Below, in pieces: positions 22,025 through 31,333 of a DNA stretch of 55,805 bases. The stretch covers positions 1-55,805 of the forward strand of contig JAADDJ010000014.1 of assembly GCA_013153965.1 (NCBI GenBank). Reading direction: 5' to 3'. Origin of the DNA: Thermotogota bacterium. Lineage in GTDB: Bacteria; Hydrothermota; Hydrothermia; LBFQ01. Made by a program: the position numbers and the translations under genes. The notes below the pieces were generated by a model that made no database searches, was not told where the DNA came from, and worked only from the letters and a program-made list of their open reading frames with translations. The stretch's first letter is position 1, and each line of letters opens with the position of its first letter.

Positions 22025-22067
22025 AATCCTTAGCGATCATGTAAGGATTTCATCGCACCCTTAGAAT
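22025..22067 (+). promoter_or_regulatory. Palindromic operator-like site and -10 box upstream of peroxiredoxin
   Basis: AATCCTTA-N9-TAAGGATT (22025-22049), then TAGAAT at 22062 and an AAGGAGGT SD before ATG 22096. Confidence 0.5.
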
Positions 22068-22095
22068 ATCCTCCTAAGCGAAAAGGAGGTAAAGC

Positions 22096-22740
22096 ATGAG
22101 ACTTATAGGCGATGCCTTTCCGGAGTTGAAGGTTCAAACGACCCATGGAGAGTTGAAGCTTCCCGAGCACTTCGCCGGGAAGTGGTTCGTCCTCTTCAGC
22201 CATCCGGCCGACTTCACGCCGGTATGCACGACGGAGTTCGTCTCCTTCCAGAAGCACTACGACGAGTTCCGGGCGCTCGGTGCCGAGCTCATAGGTCTCT
22301 CCGTGGACCAAGTCTTCTCCCACATAAAGTGGGTGGAGTGGATAGAGGAGAAGCTGGGGGTGAGGATAGAGTTCCCCATAATCGCCGACCACACCCTGGA
22401 GGTCTCCAAGGAGCTCGGCCTCATCCACCCCAACAAGGATACCACCACCGTGCGGGCCGTCTTCATAGTGGATCCCAACGCCATCATCCGGGCCATAATA
22501 TACTATCCGCAGGAGATAGGCCGCAACATCCCCGAGGTCGTACGGGCCCTGAAGGCTCTCAAGACCTTTGACGAGAAGAAGCTGGCCGTCCCCGCCAACT
22601 GGCCCAACAACGAGCTAATCGGCGATAGGCTCATAGTTCCTCCCGCCAAGAGCGTTGAGGAGGCCAAGAGGAGGCTTGAGGCCGCCCAGAAGGGCGAGCA
22701 CGAGTGCTACGACTGGTGGTTCTGCCACAAGAAGGCTTGA
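22096..22740 (+). CDS. Peroxiredoxin (Prx6 / archaeal-thermophile type)
   Basis: [24 protein letters not shown]-terminal CYDWWFC. Confidence 0.95.
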   Translation: MRLIGDAFPELKVQTTHGELKLPEHFAGKWFVLFSHPADFTPVCTTEFVSFQKHYDEFRALGAELIGLSVDQVFSHIKWVEWIEEKLGVRIEFPIIADHTLEVSKELGLIHPNKDTTTVRAVFIVDPNAIIRAIIYYPQEIGRNIPEVVRALKALKTFDEKKLAVPANWPNNELIGDRLIVPPAKSVEEAKRRLEAAQKGEHECYDWWFCHKKA

Positions 22741-22762
22741 GGAAGGACGAGGTGGAAGAGAT

Positions 22763-22789
22763 GGGGGGCCTCAGGCCCCCCTATTTTTT
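22763..22789 (+). terminator. Rho-independent terminator between convergent genes
   Basis: GGGGGGCC-TCA-GGCCCCCC then TATTTTTT. The loop is the ribH stop codon on the minus strand. Confidence 0.8.
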
Positions 22790-23187
22790 ATCTTCAGAAG
22801 GTTGAGGACCGATTCGGCGGCCTCCTCCCCCTTGTTTCCCATCTTCCCTCCGGCACGGTTCAATCCCTGCTCAAGACTTTCAACCGTGAGGACGGCCAGA
22901 CCCACGGGTACCCGATGGGTCGTGGCGTAGGAGAGCAGGGAGCCGATGACGGCCCCCGCGAGGTGCTCCCAGTGGGAGGTCTCCCCGCGGATTATGCACC
23001 CCACCACGACGAAACCCTCATAGTTCCCGGAGGAGTTGAGGATGGCCACCGCTTGGGGTAATTCAAAAGAGCCGGGGACCCATACCGTCTCGTACGGGAC
23101 CCCGGCTTCCCTCAGTTTTCTCTCAGCACCTTCAACGAGCCTCTCCGTTATTACGGAGTTGTAGCGGCTCGCCACCACGCATATCAC
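22771..23187 (-). CDS. ribH: 6,7-dimethyl-8-ribityllumazine synthase
   Basis: VPGSFELP, GCIIRGETSH, RAGGKMGNKG. Confidence 0.95.
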   Translation of the reverse strand: MICVVASRYNSVITERLVEGAERKLREAGVPYETVWVPGSFELPQAVAILNSSGNYEGFVVVGCIIRGETSHWEHLAGAVIGSLLSYATTHRVPVGLAVLTVESLEQGLNRAGGKMGNKGEEAAESVLNLLKIKNRGA

Positions 23188-24782
23188 TTCTGCTGTCCCT
23201 CTCCTTCTCCGTCGTTGCCCTCGCTCCCCTCCGGAAGGAGGACATAGACCTCAACCCTTCTGTCCTTGGCGAGACCCTTGCCCGTAGGCTCAAAGATGGT
23301 ATAGTTGGCCACCTCCTCAAAGCGATCCTCGCTCAGGTCAAACTGTCTGATGAGGTACTCCTTCACGGCCAAGGCCCTCTTCTTGGAGAGGAGCTCGTTG
23401 TAGAAGGCTCCGCCCCTGCGGTCCGCGTGCCCGCGGATGATCACCTTGGCGTAGGGCTCCTTCATCAGGATCTCGCCCACCTTATTCAGCTCCTTCTGAT
23501 ACTTGGGCTTGATTATGGTCTTGTCGGTGTCAAAATACACGATGGTGACCAGCTTGGGCTTGCGGGAGAGCTTCTTGTGGAGCTTGACCTTCAGGACGGC
23601 GTCGGTCATGAGATTCACGCCCACGTCAAGGGGCTGGTAGTTGTCGTCGTCCTTGGAGATGGTCACCAGATAGTTGGAGGCGGGAAGGCTGTCGTTGCGG
23701 TAGGTACCGCTCTGATCCGTCGTACCCTCGGCATTCACCTTACCCACTATCTTCACCTTCGCCCCCTCAATGGGCTCTCCGGACAGGGAATCTACGACTA
23801 TCACCATCAGGGTCCGGGGGCCCAGCTCCTCAACGGCCTGGACGACGGCGGGACCACCGGGACCCATGACCCCGGGAGTGACGGGGCCGTAGATCCTCTC
23901 CGCTATGCGGGCGGGGGAGACGTGGGCGCCCACGAAGAGCTCCCAGTTCCACTCCCACTTCTCGGGATCGTCGGGAGAGAGGTAGTACCTATTGACGTAG
24001 TAGTTCATGGATATATTGGTCCCTACGCTGAGGACCAGACCGCCGTTGAAGAACCTGTAGCGCACCATGGGGGTGGCGAAGAGGTAATCCGCATCAAAGG
24101 ATATGGGTCCGTAATACTTGAGCTCAAAGCCGCTCTCCAGATCGTAATACGTGGTGAATATTCCGAGGCCCACGTAGAGGGGATTCTCGGCGAGGCCACC
24201 CTTCTTCGCATCAACGTTGTAGCCGAATCCGAGGGCGAGGTTAGCCAGAAGTCTGGTGGACCACTGCTCGCTGACGAAGTCGTACCCTCCGGCGACGCCT
24301 ATGCGAGCCCCGAAGAGACCCTCACGCACCTTGAAGGAATCTACGTAGTCGCCCACCTGTATGGGTCCCTTCTGGGTCTCACCCACGGGTATGAGGAGGC
24401 TCAAGAGCCCGGAGACGCCCCAGTTCTTACGGTTGAGGAACTGGTACTTGGCGCCGAGCTCAAAGTCCCTCATACCGCCGAACCAGCGGTCGGGCTGGGT
24501 GGTGTCGTCAAGCTGCCCCTTGTTGAGCCAGTTTATACCCTTGAGGGTGGCGTATATTTCCAAGTTGCGGATGGGAACGGTGTTGATAGATCCCCAACCC
24601 AAAAGGAAATCCTGAATGCCGTAAGGACTGCTCCATATTTTTTCGGCGTATATGGTGGTCTCAAGGTAGTTAAGATAACCACCGCTCACCAGCTTTTCGG
24701 TAGATGCTCTCCAATCAAAAATGTCAAAGTACCCACTTGCCCCCGTATTGGAGAGGTAGCCTATAAGCGCCAACATGGTCAT
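23184..24782 (-). CDS. OmpA-family outer-membrane protein (beta-barrel + carboxypeptidase-regulatory-like domain + OmpA_C)
   Basis: C-terminal IVYFDTDK..GHAD..N..LSKKRA..RRVE. Middle DSLSGEPIEGAKV..TTDQSGTY. Aromatic-rich beta N-domain. Start 24782 or 24776. Confidence 0.85.
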   Translation of the reverse strand: MTMLALIGYLSNTGASGYFDIFDWRASTEKLVSGGYLNYLETTIYAEKIWSSPYGIQDFLLGWGSINTVPIRNLEIYATLKGINWLNKGQLDDTTQPDRWFGGMRDFELGAKYQFLNRKNWGVSGLLSLLIPVGETQKGPIQVGDYVDSFKVREGLFGARIGVAGGYDFVSEQWSTRLLANLALGFGYNVDAKKGGLAENPLYVGLGIFTTYYDLESGFELKYYGPISFDADYLFATPMVRYRFFNGGLVLSVGTNISMNYYVNRYYLSPDDPEKWEWNWELFVGAHVSPARIAERIYGPVTPGVMGPGGPAVVQAVEELGPRTLMVIVVDSLSGEPIEGAKVKIVGKVNAEGTTDQSGTYRNDSLPASNYLVTISKDDDNYQPLDVGVNLMTDAVLKVKLHKKLSRKPKLVTIVYFDTDKTIIKPKYQKELNKVGEILMKEPYAKVIIRGHADRRGGAFYNELLSKKRALAVKEYLIRQFDLSEDRFEEVANYTIFEPTGKGLAKDRRVEVYVLLPEGSEGNDGEGEGQQK

Positions 24783-24785
24783 AAG

Positions 24786-24858
24786 TGCCCCGCGAGGGAC
24801 TCGAACCCCCGACCCGCGGATTAAGAATCCGCTGCTCTGCCTGCTGAGCTAGCGGGGC
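24786..24858 (-). tRNA. tRNA-Lys(CTT)
   Basis: GCCCCGC acceptor stem, anticodon arm GCGGA-TTCTTAA-TCCGC, GGTTCGAGTCC. CCA not encoded. Confidence 0.93.
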
Positions 24859-24871
24859 ATGAAGGTGGATA

Positions 24872-25861
24872 TTATAGAGCGGAAAGATGGGCGTGTAGAA
24901 CTTCGCTAAAACCCTTTACCATCTCCCTCACGTCCGGCACGAGGGCCCTGCTTTCCGCCGCGTGGCGGCGGAAACTTTCGGGATCCTCCAGCACCCGCCT
25001 TATCTCCCGCGCCACCTGCTCGGGGGATACATTTACCACTCTGACGCCCGGGAAGGACCACACCTCCGCCCCATCCACAGCCGTGGCCACGACCGGAGTC
25101 CCGCAGGCTATGGCCTCCATGACCGGGAAGCCCAGACCCTCGCTCCGGGATGTGAGGACGAAAAGGTCGGCCGAAGAGTAAAGACGTCTCAGAGCGGCGT
25201 CGTTCTCCGGGATGAACCTCCTCGTGGGGAAGGGAAGACCGCCCACGGGAGGACCTCCGACCAACCATATCTCCAAGTCGCAGCACCCAGAGAGGATTTC
25301 CATAGCCTCCCTGAAGATGTCCAACCCCTTACGGCGCTCCCTGCGGGGCATGTACATGAGGACCCTCTCCGCTCTCCTCATGTGGGGGTCGGGGTCCGGA
25401 TAGAATACGGACTTATCCACACCGGCGGGGATCACGTGGCGAGCCCCGACCGCCCGCGCCAGGGCGGGGTTGTAGGTTATCTTCTCTATAGGTAGGCGGT
25501 AGGTTAGGGCGGCGGCCCCCTTCAAGATGGGGTTGGAGTAGAAGCGGCTCTCAACGTCCTGAACGAAGTAGAGCATCCTGCGGGAGAAGGGATAGAGGTA
25601 CGCGGTGGGCCAGAAGTTGGCCACGACCACGTCGTACTCACGGAGCATGGAGGCGTACCTGAGAAGGGCCGAAAGGCGGTTCCGGCCGGGGACCGTCCTC
25701 CTTATGACCTCCCGCCGGATGTGAAAGGGAGTGTCCCCCCTACCCTCCGGATAGATGATGGTGGGCTCGTAGCCGAAATCCACCAGACCGTTCGCTATCT
25801 CAAGGATCTTCCTAACACCGCCGAACTTACCGAGACTTAGGAGGGGAAAGGCGACCCTCAA
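24872..25861 (-). CDS. Glycosyltransferase family 4
   Basis: GGVR, RKGLD, SEGLGFPVMEAIACGTPVV. Confidence 0.9.
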   Translation of the reverse strand: MRVAFPLLSLGKFGGVRKILEIANGLVDFGYEPTIIYPEGRGDTPFHIRREVIRRTVPGRNRLSALLRYASMLREYDVVVANFWPTAYLYPFSRRMLYFVQDVESRFYSNPILKGAAALTYRLPIEKITYNPALARAVGARHVIPAGVDKSVFYPDPDPHMRRAERVLMYMPRRERRKGLDIFREAMEILSGCCDLEIWLVGGPPVGGLPFPTRRFIPENDAALRRLYSSADLFVLTSRSEGLGFPVMEAIACGTPVVATAVDGAEVWSFPGVRVVNVSPEQVAREIRRVLEDPESFRRHAAESRALVPDVREMVKGFSEVLHAHLSAL

Positions 25862-26317
25862 CTACTCGGATCCCTCCAAGACCTTCACCTCGGGTATCTT
25901 GCCGTCAAACTTGACCCACTTTCCTCCGCCGGTTATGCGCCACCTCCAGGATACCTCGTAGGTCTTCTTGGTGGGTACGTTTATGGCCCGAGCGTAGTAT
26001 ATCACGAAGACGGTATCACCCTTGCGCTCAACCCTCCATCCGGATGTGTCGGGACGTGCCACGTTGGGTACGTAAGCTATGTTGCCCGTAGCCGCCGCCT
26101 TTATCAGCTTGCTCATGAACTGGGGATCCTTGGCCCGCTTCCCCTCGTACTGGGCCACCACGACCGCCACACCCTTCCCCCCGCGCACGATCTCCTTCTG
26201 GGATTCCGTCAGATTCGCCTTCACCTTCTTTATGGCCGCCTCGTCGGAGAGGGTTCCGCCTCCCCCGCACGAGGTTATCAAGGCCACCGTGAATATTGCG
26301 GTCAAAACTTTACGCAT
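25862..26317 (-). CDS. Lipoprotein of unknown function
   Basis: From ATG 26317 (8 nt after TAAAAT): MRKVLTAIFTVALITS-C lipobox. Confidence 0.75.
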   Translation of the reverse strand: MRKVLTAIFTVALITSCGGGGTLSDEAAIKKVKANLTESQKEIVRGGKGVAVVVAQYEGKRAKDPQFMSKLIKAAATGNIAYVPNVARPDTSGWRVERKGDTVFVIYYARAINVPTKKTYEVSWRWRITGGGKWVKFDGKIPEVKVLEGSE

Positions 26318-26406
26318 AGGTGGAGATTTTAACACCGAAGATGGCGGAAATTGACCCGAGCGGCTCCACTCCCGCGGGGGAGGTTGCGTCCTTAGAATGG
26401 AACTCC

Positions 26407-27858
26407 ATGCTCGTGAAGGATTTCAAGGTGATATTTGAAAAACATAGGGAGGGGGCGCCCACCTTCCCCGTGCCGGACTTTCCGGAGGAGTACGACCTTC
26501 CGCCGGAGCTCGCGAGGACCGCTCCCCTGAACCTTCCGGAGGTGCCCGAGAACGAGGTCGTGAGGCACTACGTGAGGCTCTCCCAGAAGAACTGGGGCGT
26601 TGATATAGGCTTCTACCCTCTGGGATCATGCACGATGAAGTACAACCCCAAGTTCAACGAGGACGTTTCCCGCCTGCCCGGATTCACCCACCTGCATCCC
26701 CACGCGCCGGAGCATCTGGTTCAGGGTGCCCTCCGTCTCATGTACGACCTTCAGGAGTACCTCAAGCGGCTCACCGGCTTCAGCGGGGCCACACTCCAAC
26801 CCGTCGCCGGAGCCAGCGGGGAGCTTACGGGCATCTTCATAATAAAGGCCTACCTGCGACACAGGGGGGAGACCGAGAGGGATGAGGTCCTGATACCGGA
26901 CTCCGCACACGGAACGAATCCGGCCACCGCCTCCATGGCGGGCTTCAAGGCCATAGAGGTCAGGTCAAACTCCAACGGTACGCTGGACGTTGAGGACCTA
27001 AAGTCCAAGCTGTCGGATCGCACGGTGGGGCTCATGATAACCAACCCCAACACCTTGGGCCTCTTTGAGAGGGATATACGCAGGATAACGGACCTCGTCC
27101 ATGAGGCTGGCGGTCAGGTGTACATGGATGGGGCGAATTACAACGCCCTGATGGGTTGGGTATCTCTCGCTGATCTGGGTATAGACGTGGTTCATCTGAA
27201 CCTGCACAAGACCTTCTCAACTCCCCACGGCGGGGGAGGCCCCGGCGCCGGCGTCGTTTTAGTCAAAGAGCATCTATGGCCCTTCGTCCCCGTCCCCACG
27301 GTTGAGTACGATGAGGAGAGGGGGATGTACCATCTCAACTGGGACAGGCCTCTGAGCATAGGCAAGGTCCATGCCTTCTACGGCCACTTCCTCGTCGCGA
27401 TAAGGGCCTACGCGTACATCCTGTCCATGGGTGGGGAGGGGTTGCGGCAGGCGGCCGCCGACGCCGTCCTGAACGCGAACTACCTTCGCCATCTCCTTGA
27501 GGGAGAGTACAAGGTGGCCTATCCGACGAGGAACATGCACGAATTCGTCCTCACGGGTATGCCCATAAAGCGGGACACGGGCGTGCGCACCTACGACATA
27601 GCCAAGCGCCTCCTTGATTACGGCTTCCACGCACCCACGGTGTATTTCCCCCTCATAGTGCCGGAGGCCATGATGATAGAGCCCACCGAGACCGAGACCA
27701 AGGAGACCTTGGAGGCCTTCGCCGATACCCTCATAAAGATAAAGCGGGAAGCGTACGAGAATCCGGATCTGGTTAAAACCGCCCCGCACGAGACCCCGGT
27801 CCGCAGGCTTGACGAGGTGAAGGCTGCGAAGCAGCTGAAGGTGAAGTGGGAGGGATAG
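26407..27858 (+). CDS. gcvPB: Glycine dehydrogenase (decarboxylating) subunit 2
   Basis: YPLGSCTMKYNP, HGTNPA, HLNLHKTFSTPHGGGGPG, IEPTETE. Start moved to ATG 26407, 8 nt after TAGAAT. Confidence 0.95.
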   Translation: MLVKDFKVIFEKHREGAPTFPVPDFPEEYDLPPELARTAPLNLPEVPENEVVRHYVRLSQKNWGVDIGFYPLGSCTMKYNPKFNEDVSRLPGFTHLHPHAPEHLVQGALRLMYDLQEYLKRLTGFSGATLQPVAGASGELTGIFIIKAYLRHRGETERDEVLIPDSAHGTNPATASMAGFKAIEVRSNSNGTLDVEDLKSKLSDRTVGLMITNPNTLGLFERDIRRITDLVHEAGGQVYMDGANYNALMGWVSLADLGIDVVHLNLHKTFSTPHGGGGPGAGVVLVKEHLWPFVPVPTVEYDEERGMYHLNWDRPLSIGKVHAFYGHFLVAIRAYAYILSMGGEGLRQAAADAVLNANYLRHLLEGEYKVAYPTRNMHEFVLTGMPIKRDTGVRTYDIAKRLLDYGFHAPTVYFPLIVPEAMMIEPTETETKETLEAFADTLIKIKREAYENPDLVKTAPHETPVRRLDEVKAAKQLKVKWEG

Positions 27859-28449
27859 ATGCTTCTGCTCTTGGGATTCTCTCCGAAGGTGCCCGTCAGC
27901 CTCTACGTATATGAGGAGCACTGGGGGGCGACCATCCCCATCGCGAAGGTTGAGGGAAACGAGGGTGTGGTGCTGAAGACCGAGGGAAGCATAACCCACT
28001 ACTGTGAGGTTGAAGTTCCCGACTCCATACTGGACCCCGAGAGGTGGAAGGCTCTGAGGGACAGCTACAGGTTCTTCCAAGGCACGGACCTGCCCACCTA
28101 CCACTTCGTGTATAGGGCGGGCGACTTTGAGAAGCATGTAATCACCTACGGTCCCCCCAACATATCCCCATTCCTCGGCTCCGTCTTCTCCACCCTCACG
28201 CAGGCCGAGTGCAGGCGGGAGGTTGTACCCAAGCGTATAGTCCTCTCTTGGGAGGAGGTGTTCGTCAAGCGCCGCGCCGCACCCATGGGCGAGTACGAGA
28301 GGCTCCTCGGCAAGAGGGAGGTCAAGGGGGAGGACCTCAAGCTGGCTTACTCAATGCTAAAGAGGTTCGGCCACGACTTCTTCACGGGCGTGATCCTGAT
28401 GGACAGCAAGGGTAGGACGTGGCTCGTCAAGGGTGAGGTTAGCCTGTAG
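27859..28449 (+). CDS. Hypothetical (possibly exported) protein
   Basis: Abuts the gcvPB stop, typical codon usage, hydrophobic N-terminus MLLLLG. Confidence 0.65.
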   Translation: MLLLLGFSPKVPVSLYVYEEHWGATIPIAKVEGNEGVVLKTEGSITHYCEVEVPDSILDPERWKALRDSYRFFQGTDLPTYHFVYRAGDFEKHVITYGPPNISPFLGSVFSTLTQAECRREVVPKRIVLSWEEVFVKRRAAPMGEYERLLGKREVKGEDLKLAYSMLKRFGHDFFTGVILMDSKGRTWLVKGEVSL

Positions 28450-28452
28450 CGT

Positions 28453-28872
28453 ATGGGCGTCGTGAGGCGTTTCATAACCCGGAGTCCGGAGGAGACGGAG
28501 GTTTTGGGTCAATTCGTATTCTGCCGATACGCGAGGAGGTACCGGACCTTCCTACTCTTCGGTGAGATGGGGAGTGGCAAGACGACCTTCGTCAGGGGGT
28601 TCGCCGGAGCCGCCGGCTACGGGAACGTCCGCAGCCCCACCTTCACCATGGTTTCGGTCTATCCGACCCCATCGGGGAGGATACACCACGTGGACCTATA
28701 CCGGCTGGAGGCACCGGACGCCCTCTACAGCTTGGGCTTTATGGACATGATCGGACGGGATATAGTGATAGTTGAGTGGGCGGAGAATCTGCCGGAGGAT
28801 GTGGAGGCCGTACGGATAGACCTAAGTGTTAAAGGCGAAGGGGAGAGGGTGATCACCGTTAGCCTCCCTTAA
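28453..28872 (+). CDS. tsaE: tRNA t6A biosynthesis ATPase
   Basis: GEMGSGKTTF, SPTF, HVDLYRL, IVEW. Confidence 0.95.
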   Translation: MGVVRRFITRSPEETEVLGQFVFCRYARRYRTFLLFGEMGSGKTTFVRGFAGAAGYGNVRSPTFTMVSVYPTPSGRIHHVDLYRLEAPDALYSLGFMDMIGRDIVIVEWAENLPEDVEAVRIDLSVKGEGERVITVSLP

Positions 28873-28883
28873 AATATCGCCTT

Positions 28884-29606
28884 ATGCTGTACTTTGTTCC
28901 TTTCTTCCAGTTCGGAACCGTATCGCTGACACACTTCAACCGTTGGGTTGAAAAGGAGAGGAGCAACGATTACGACCTTCCGTACCAGCGCTCCGCGCTG
29001 GGGTTCGGTCTGGGGCTCGGCTATCGTGCGTACATCTTTGATGTGGGCTTTGATGGACGGATGCTCTACTCCTCGTCGGGTGCCACGGACGTACCCCTGA
29101 CGACGGGAGTATCCTTCTCCTACCGCCACACCCTCCTCAACTTTATATTCTCCGTCCCCGTGGGAATATCCTACCCCCTCAGCGAGTCCTTCCGCCTCTA
29201 CGCGGGGGCGAATCTCCTGATGGGGTTCTCCAACCTGTACGTGTATGACTCCCTGCACTACAGCATCTTCGGGAGCAACGTTTGGAGCACGGAGGATGCC
29301 TCCCTATCCTCCGCCTCAACTGGCATGGGTGTGCTCCTCGGGGGCGACATAGCCCTATCCTCAAGCTTGAGCCTGTTTCTGCGGGTGGGGTACGAGGTCC
29401 TCGCCTTCAGCGGCTACAAGGGTAAGGCCACGTACGAGAACTCCGATGGGGACACGGACGAGAAGACCGTGTATTGGGTCTTCAACCCCAACAACAACAA
29501 CATATATCTGGACACGAGTCCTCCCGGGGACGGTGAGGTGTATGCTAAGGAGGATCTCAACGGCTTCAGGTTCTCGCTTGGTTTCAAGGTCCTCCTCGGG
29601 AGGTGA
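28884..29606 (+). CDS. Outer-membrane beta-barrel protein (8-strand type)
   Basis: Amphipathic beta strands ending GFRFSLGFKVLL. Confidence 0.7.
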   Translation: MLYFVPFFQFGTVSLTHFNRWVEKERSNDYDLPYQRSALGFGLGLGYRAYIFDVGFDGRMLYSSSGATDVPLTTGVSFSYRHTLLNFIFSVPVGISYPLSESFRLYAGANLLMGFSNLYVYDSLHYSIFGSNVWSTEDASLSSASTGMGVLLGGDIALSSSLSLFLRVGYEVLAFSGYKGKATYENSDGDTDEKTVYWVFNPNNNNIYLDTSPPGDGEVYAKEDLNGFRFSLGFKVLLGR

Positions 29607-29609
29607 GGC

Positions 29610-30866
29610 ATGAGGATCCTCGTGGTGGGGAAGGGCGGCCGAGAGAGCGCCATAGTGTGGAAGCTTGCCCAATCCTCCCTCAACCCCACCCTCTACACCG
29701 CCCCCGGCAATCCCTTCACGGGACGCTACGGCACCAACGTGCCCATAAAAGACAGCGACATAGACGCCCTCATAGACTTCGCCCTCCGGGAGGGGATAGA
29801 CGTGATATTCCCGGGGGGTGAGACCCCCATAGCTCTGGGCATAGCCGACGAGGCGGAGAGGAGAGGGATACCGGTGCTGGCCCCCAAGAGGGCGGCGGCC
29901 AAGTTGGAGTCCAGCAAGATATGGGCCAAGAGCTTCGCCAAGAGATACCGGGTACCCACGGCCGACTTTGAGGTCTTCACGGAGGACGAGTTTGAGGATG
30001 CCGTTGAGTACGTGAAGGCCCAGAAGTTCCCCATAGTCATAAAGGCCGACGGTCTGGCCGGCGGCAAGGGGGTGGTCGTGGCCCGGAGCGTGGGCGAGGC
30101 CATAAACACTCTGGACCAGTTCATAAACAGGGGGAAATTCGGTGAGGCCTCCAAGAGGGTGGTGATTGAGAGGTTCCTCGTGGGGGAGGAGGTGTCGGTC
30201 TTCGCCATATCGGACGGCCACCGGTGGAAGGTGTTCGCGTACGCTCGCGACTACAAGCGCCTCAACGATGGGGATACCGGCCCCAACACGGGAGGGATGG
30301 GCTCCATATCCCCCGTGGCCTTGGATGAGGAGACCCGCCGACTCATAGAGGAGAACGTGGTCAGGAGAACGTTTGAGGGGCTCGCCCGGGAGGGGTTGCC
30401 GTACAAGGGTATCCTATACTTCGGACTCATGCTCACGGAGAACGGTCCCTTCGTTTTAGAGTACAACGTACGTCTGGGGGATCCGGAGACGCAGGCGATA
30501 ATGCCACTCCTGAATTACGACTTCGGAGAGCTGGTAGTCTCCGCCGCCGGAGGAAGGTTGAAGGGGGAGATCATCCGGGAGCCCGAAGGGTACTCCTGCT
30601 GCGTGGTCTTAGCCTCAAAGGGTTATCCGGAGAGGCCCATAACGGGATTCCCCATAGAGGGATTGGAGGAGGCGGAGAGGGTGGCCGACGCCATCTTTCT
30701 GGCGGGCGTAAGGGAGGAGAATGGAAGGCTCATAACCGCCGGAGGCCGAGTCCTATCGGTGGTGGGCGTCGCCGATAGCCTGCAGAAGGCCCGAGAGAAG
30801 GCCTACGAGGCCGTCTCCCGCATACACTTTGAGGGTATGCACTACAGGAAGGATATAGGTCTTTAG
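29610..30866 (+). CDS. purD: Phosphoribosylamine--glycine ligase
   Basis: GKGGRE, KADGLAGGKGV, GPNTGGMG, EYNVRLGDPE, YRKDIG. Confidence 0.97.
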   Translation: MRILVVGKGGRESAIVWKLAQSSLNPTLYTAPGNPFTGRYGTNVPIKDSDIDALIDFALREGIDVIFPGGETPIALGIADEAERRGIPVLAPKRAAAKLESSKIWAKSFAKRYRVPTADFEVFTEDEFEDAVEYVKAQKFPIVIKADGLAGGKGVVVARSVGEAINTLDQFINRGKFGEASKRVVIERFLVGEEVSVFAISDGHRWKVFAYARDYKRLNDGDTGPNTGGMGSISPVALDEETRRLIEENVVRRTFEGLAREGLPYKGILYFGLMLTENGPFVLEYNVRLGDPETQAIMPLLNYDFGELVVSAAGGRLKGEIIREPEGYSCCVVLASKGYPERPITGFPIEGLEEAERVADAIFLAGVREENGRLITAGGRVLSVVGVADSLQKAREKAYEAVSRIHFEGMHYRKDIGL

Positions 30867-30889
30867 GCTCCGTCCGTAAAATATCCCCT

Positions 30890-31330
30890 ATGGTCAGATT
30901 GCGATTCGGTTCAATGATTTTCGTGGTCCTCTCGCTGGCCGGGTGCTTCACTCCCCCCTCACCTTTTCCCTACGAGTACGACGTTGAGCTGGTGAGGGTG
31001 TCGGCGGATTCGGCCGACACGGCCATATCCGTGAGTTTGGAGGGTACGTACGTGGAGGCCTACGCCGATACCGGATTTACGATTTTGGTCAGGAGGTCCG
31101 TTGTGAATGTGGCCGGTGAGAGGTACGCCGTCGTTGATTCCTTCTGGCTACCCGAAGGGACGTACTACATCAGGGCTTGGAAGGACGTGGATGGAGATAG
31201 CATGCTGTCGCCCGGAGATATCTACGGCGCCCTATGCGCCGAGGATACGGTGTGCCTTCAGGCTAAACCCTTCTACGCTGATCCTTGGGATAACATAAGG
31301 ATACTGGTGAGCATATACGGAGGGAGGTGA
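30890..31330 (+). CDS. Lipoprotein of unknown function
   Basis: LAG-C lipobox. LPEGTYYIRAWKDVDGD resembles an SdrD-B/Ca-binding motif. Confidence 0.7.
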   Translation: MVRLRFGSMIFVVLSLAGCFTPPSPFPYEYDVELVRVSADSADTAISVSLEGTYVEAYADTGFTILVRRSVVNVAGERYAVVDSFWLPEGTYYIRAWKDVDGDSMLSPGDIYGALCAEDTVCLQAKPFYADPWDNIRILVSIYGGR

Positions 31331-31333
31331 GGT

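Noticed and set aside
23427-24824. 465-aa plus-strand ORF (and similar long ORFs at 19952..21166 and 51617..52882)
   Set aside because: In-register antisense shadows of ompA, radA and comM. No recognisable domains, and one runs into a tRNA.
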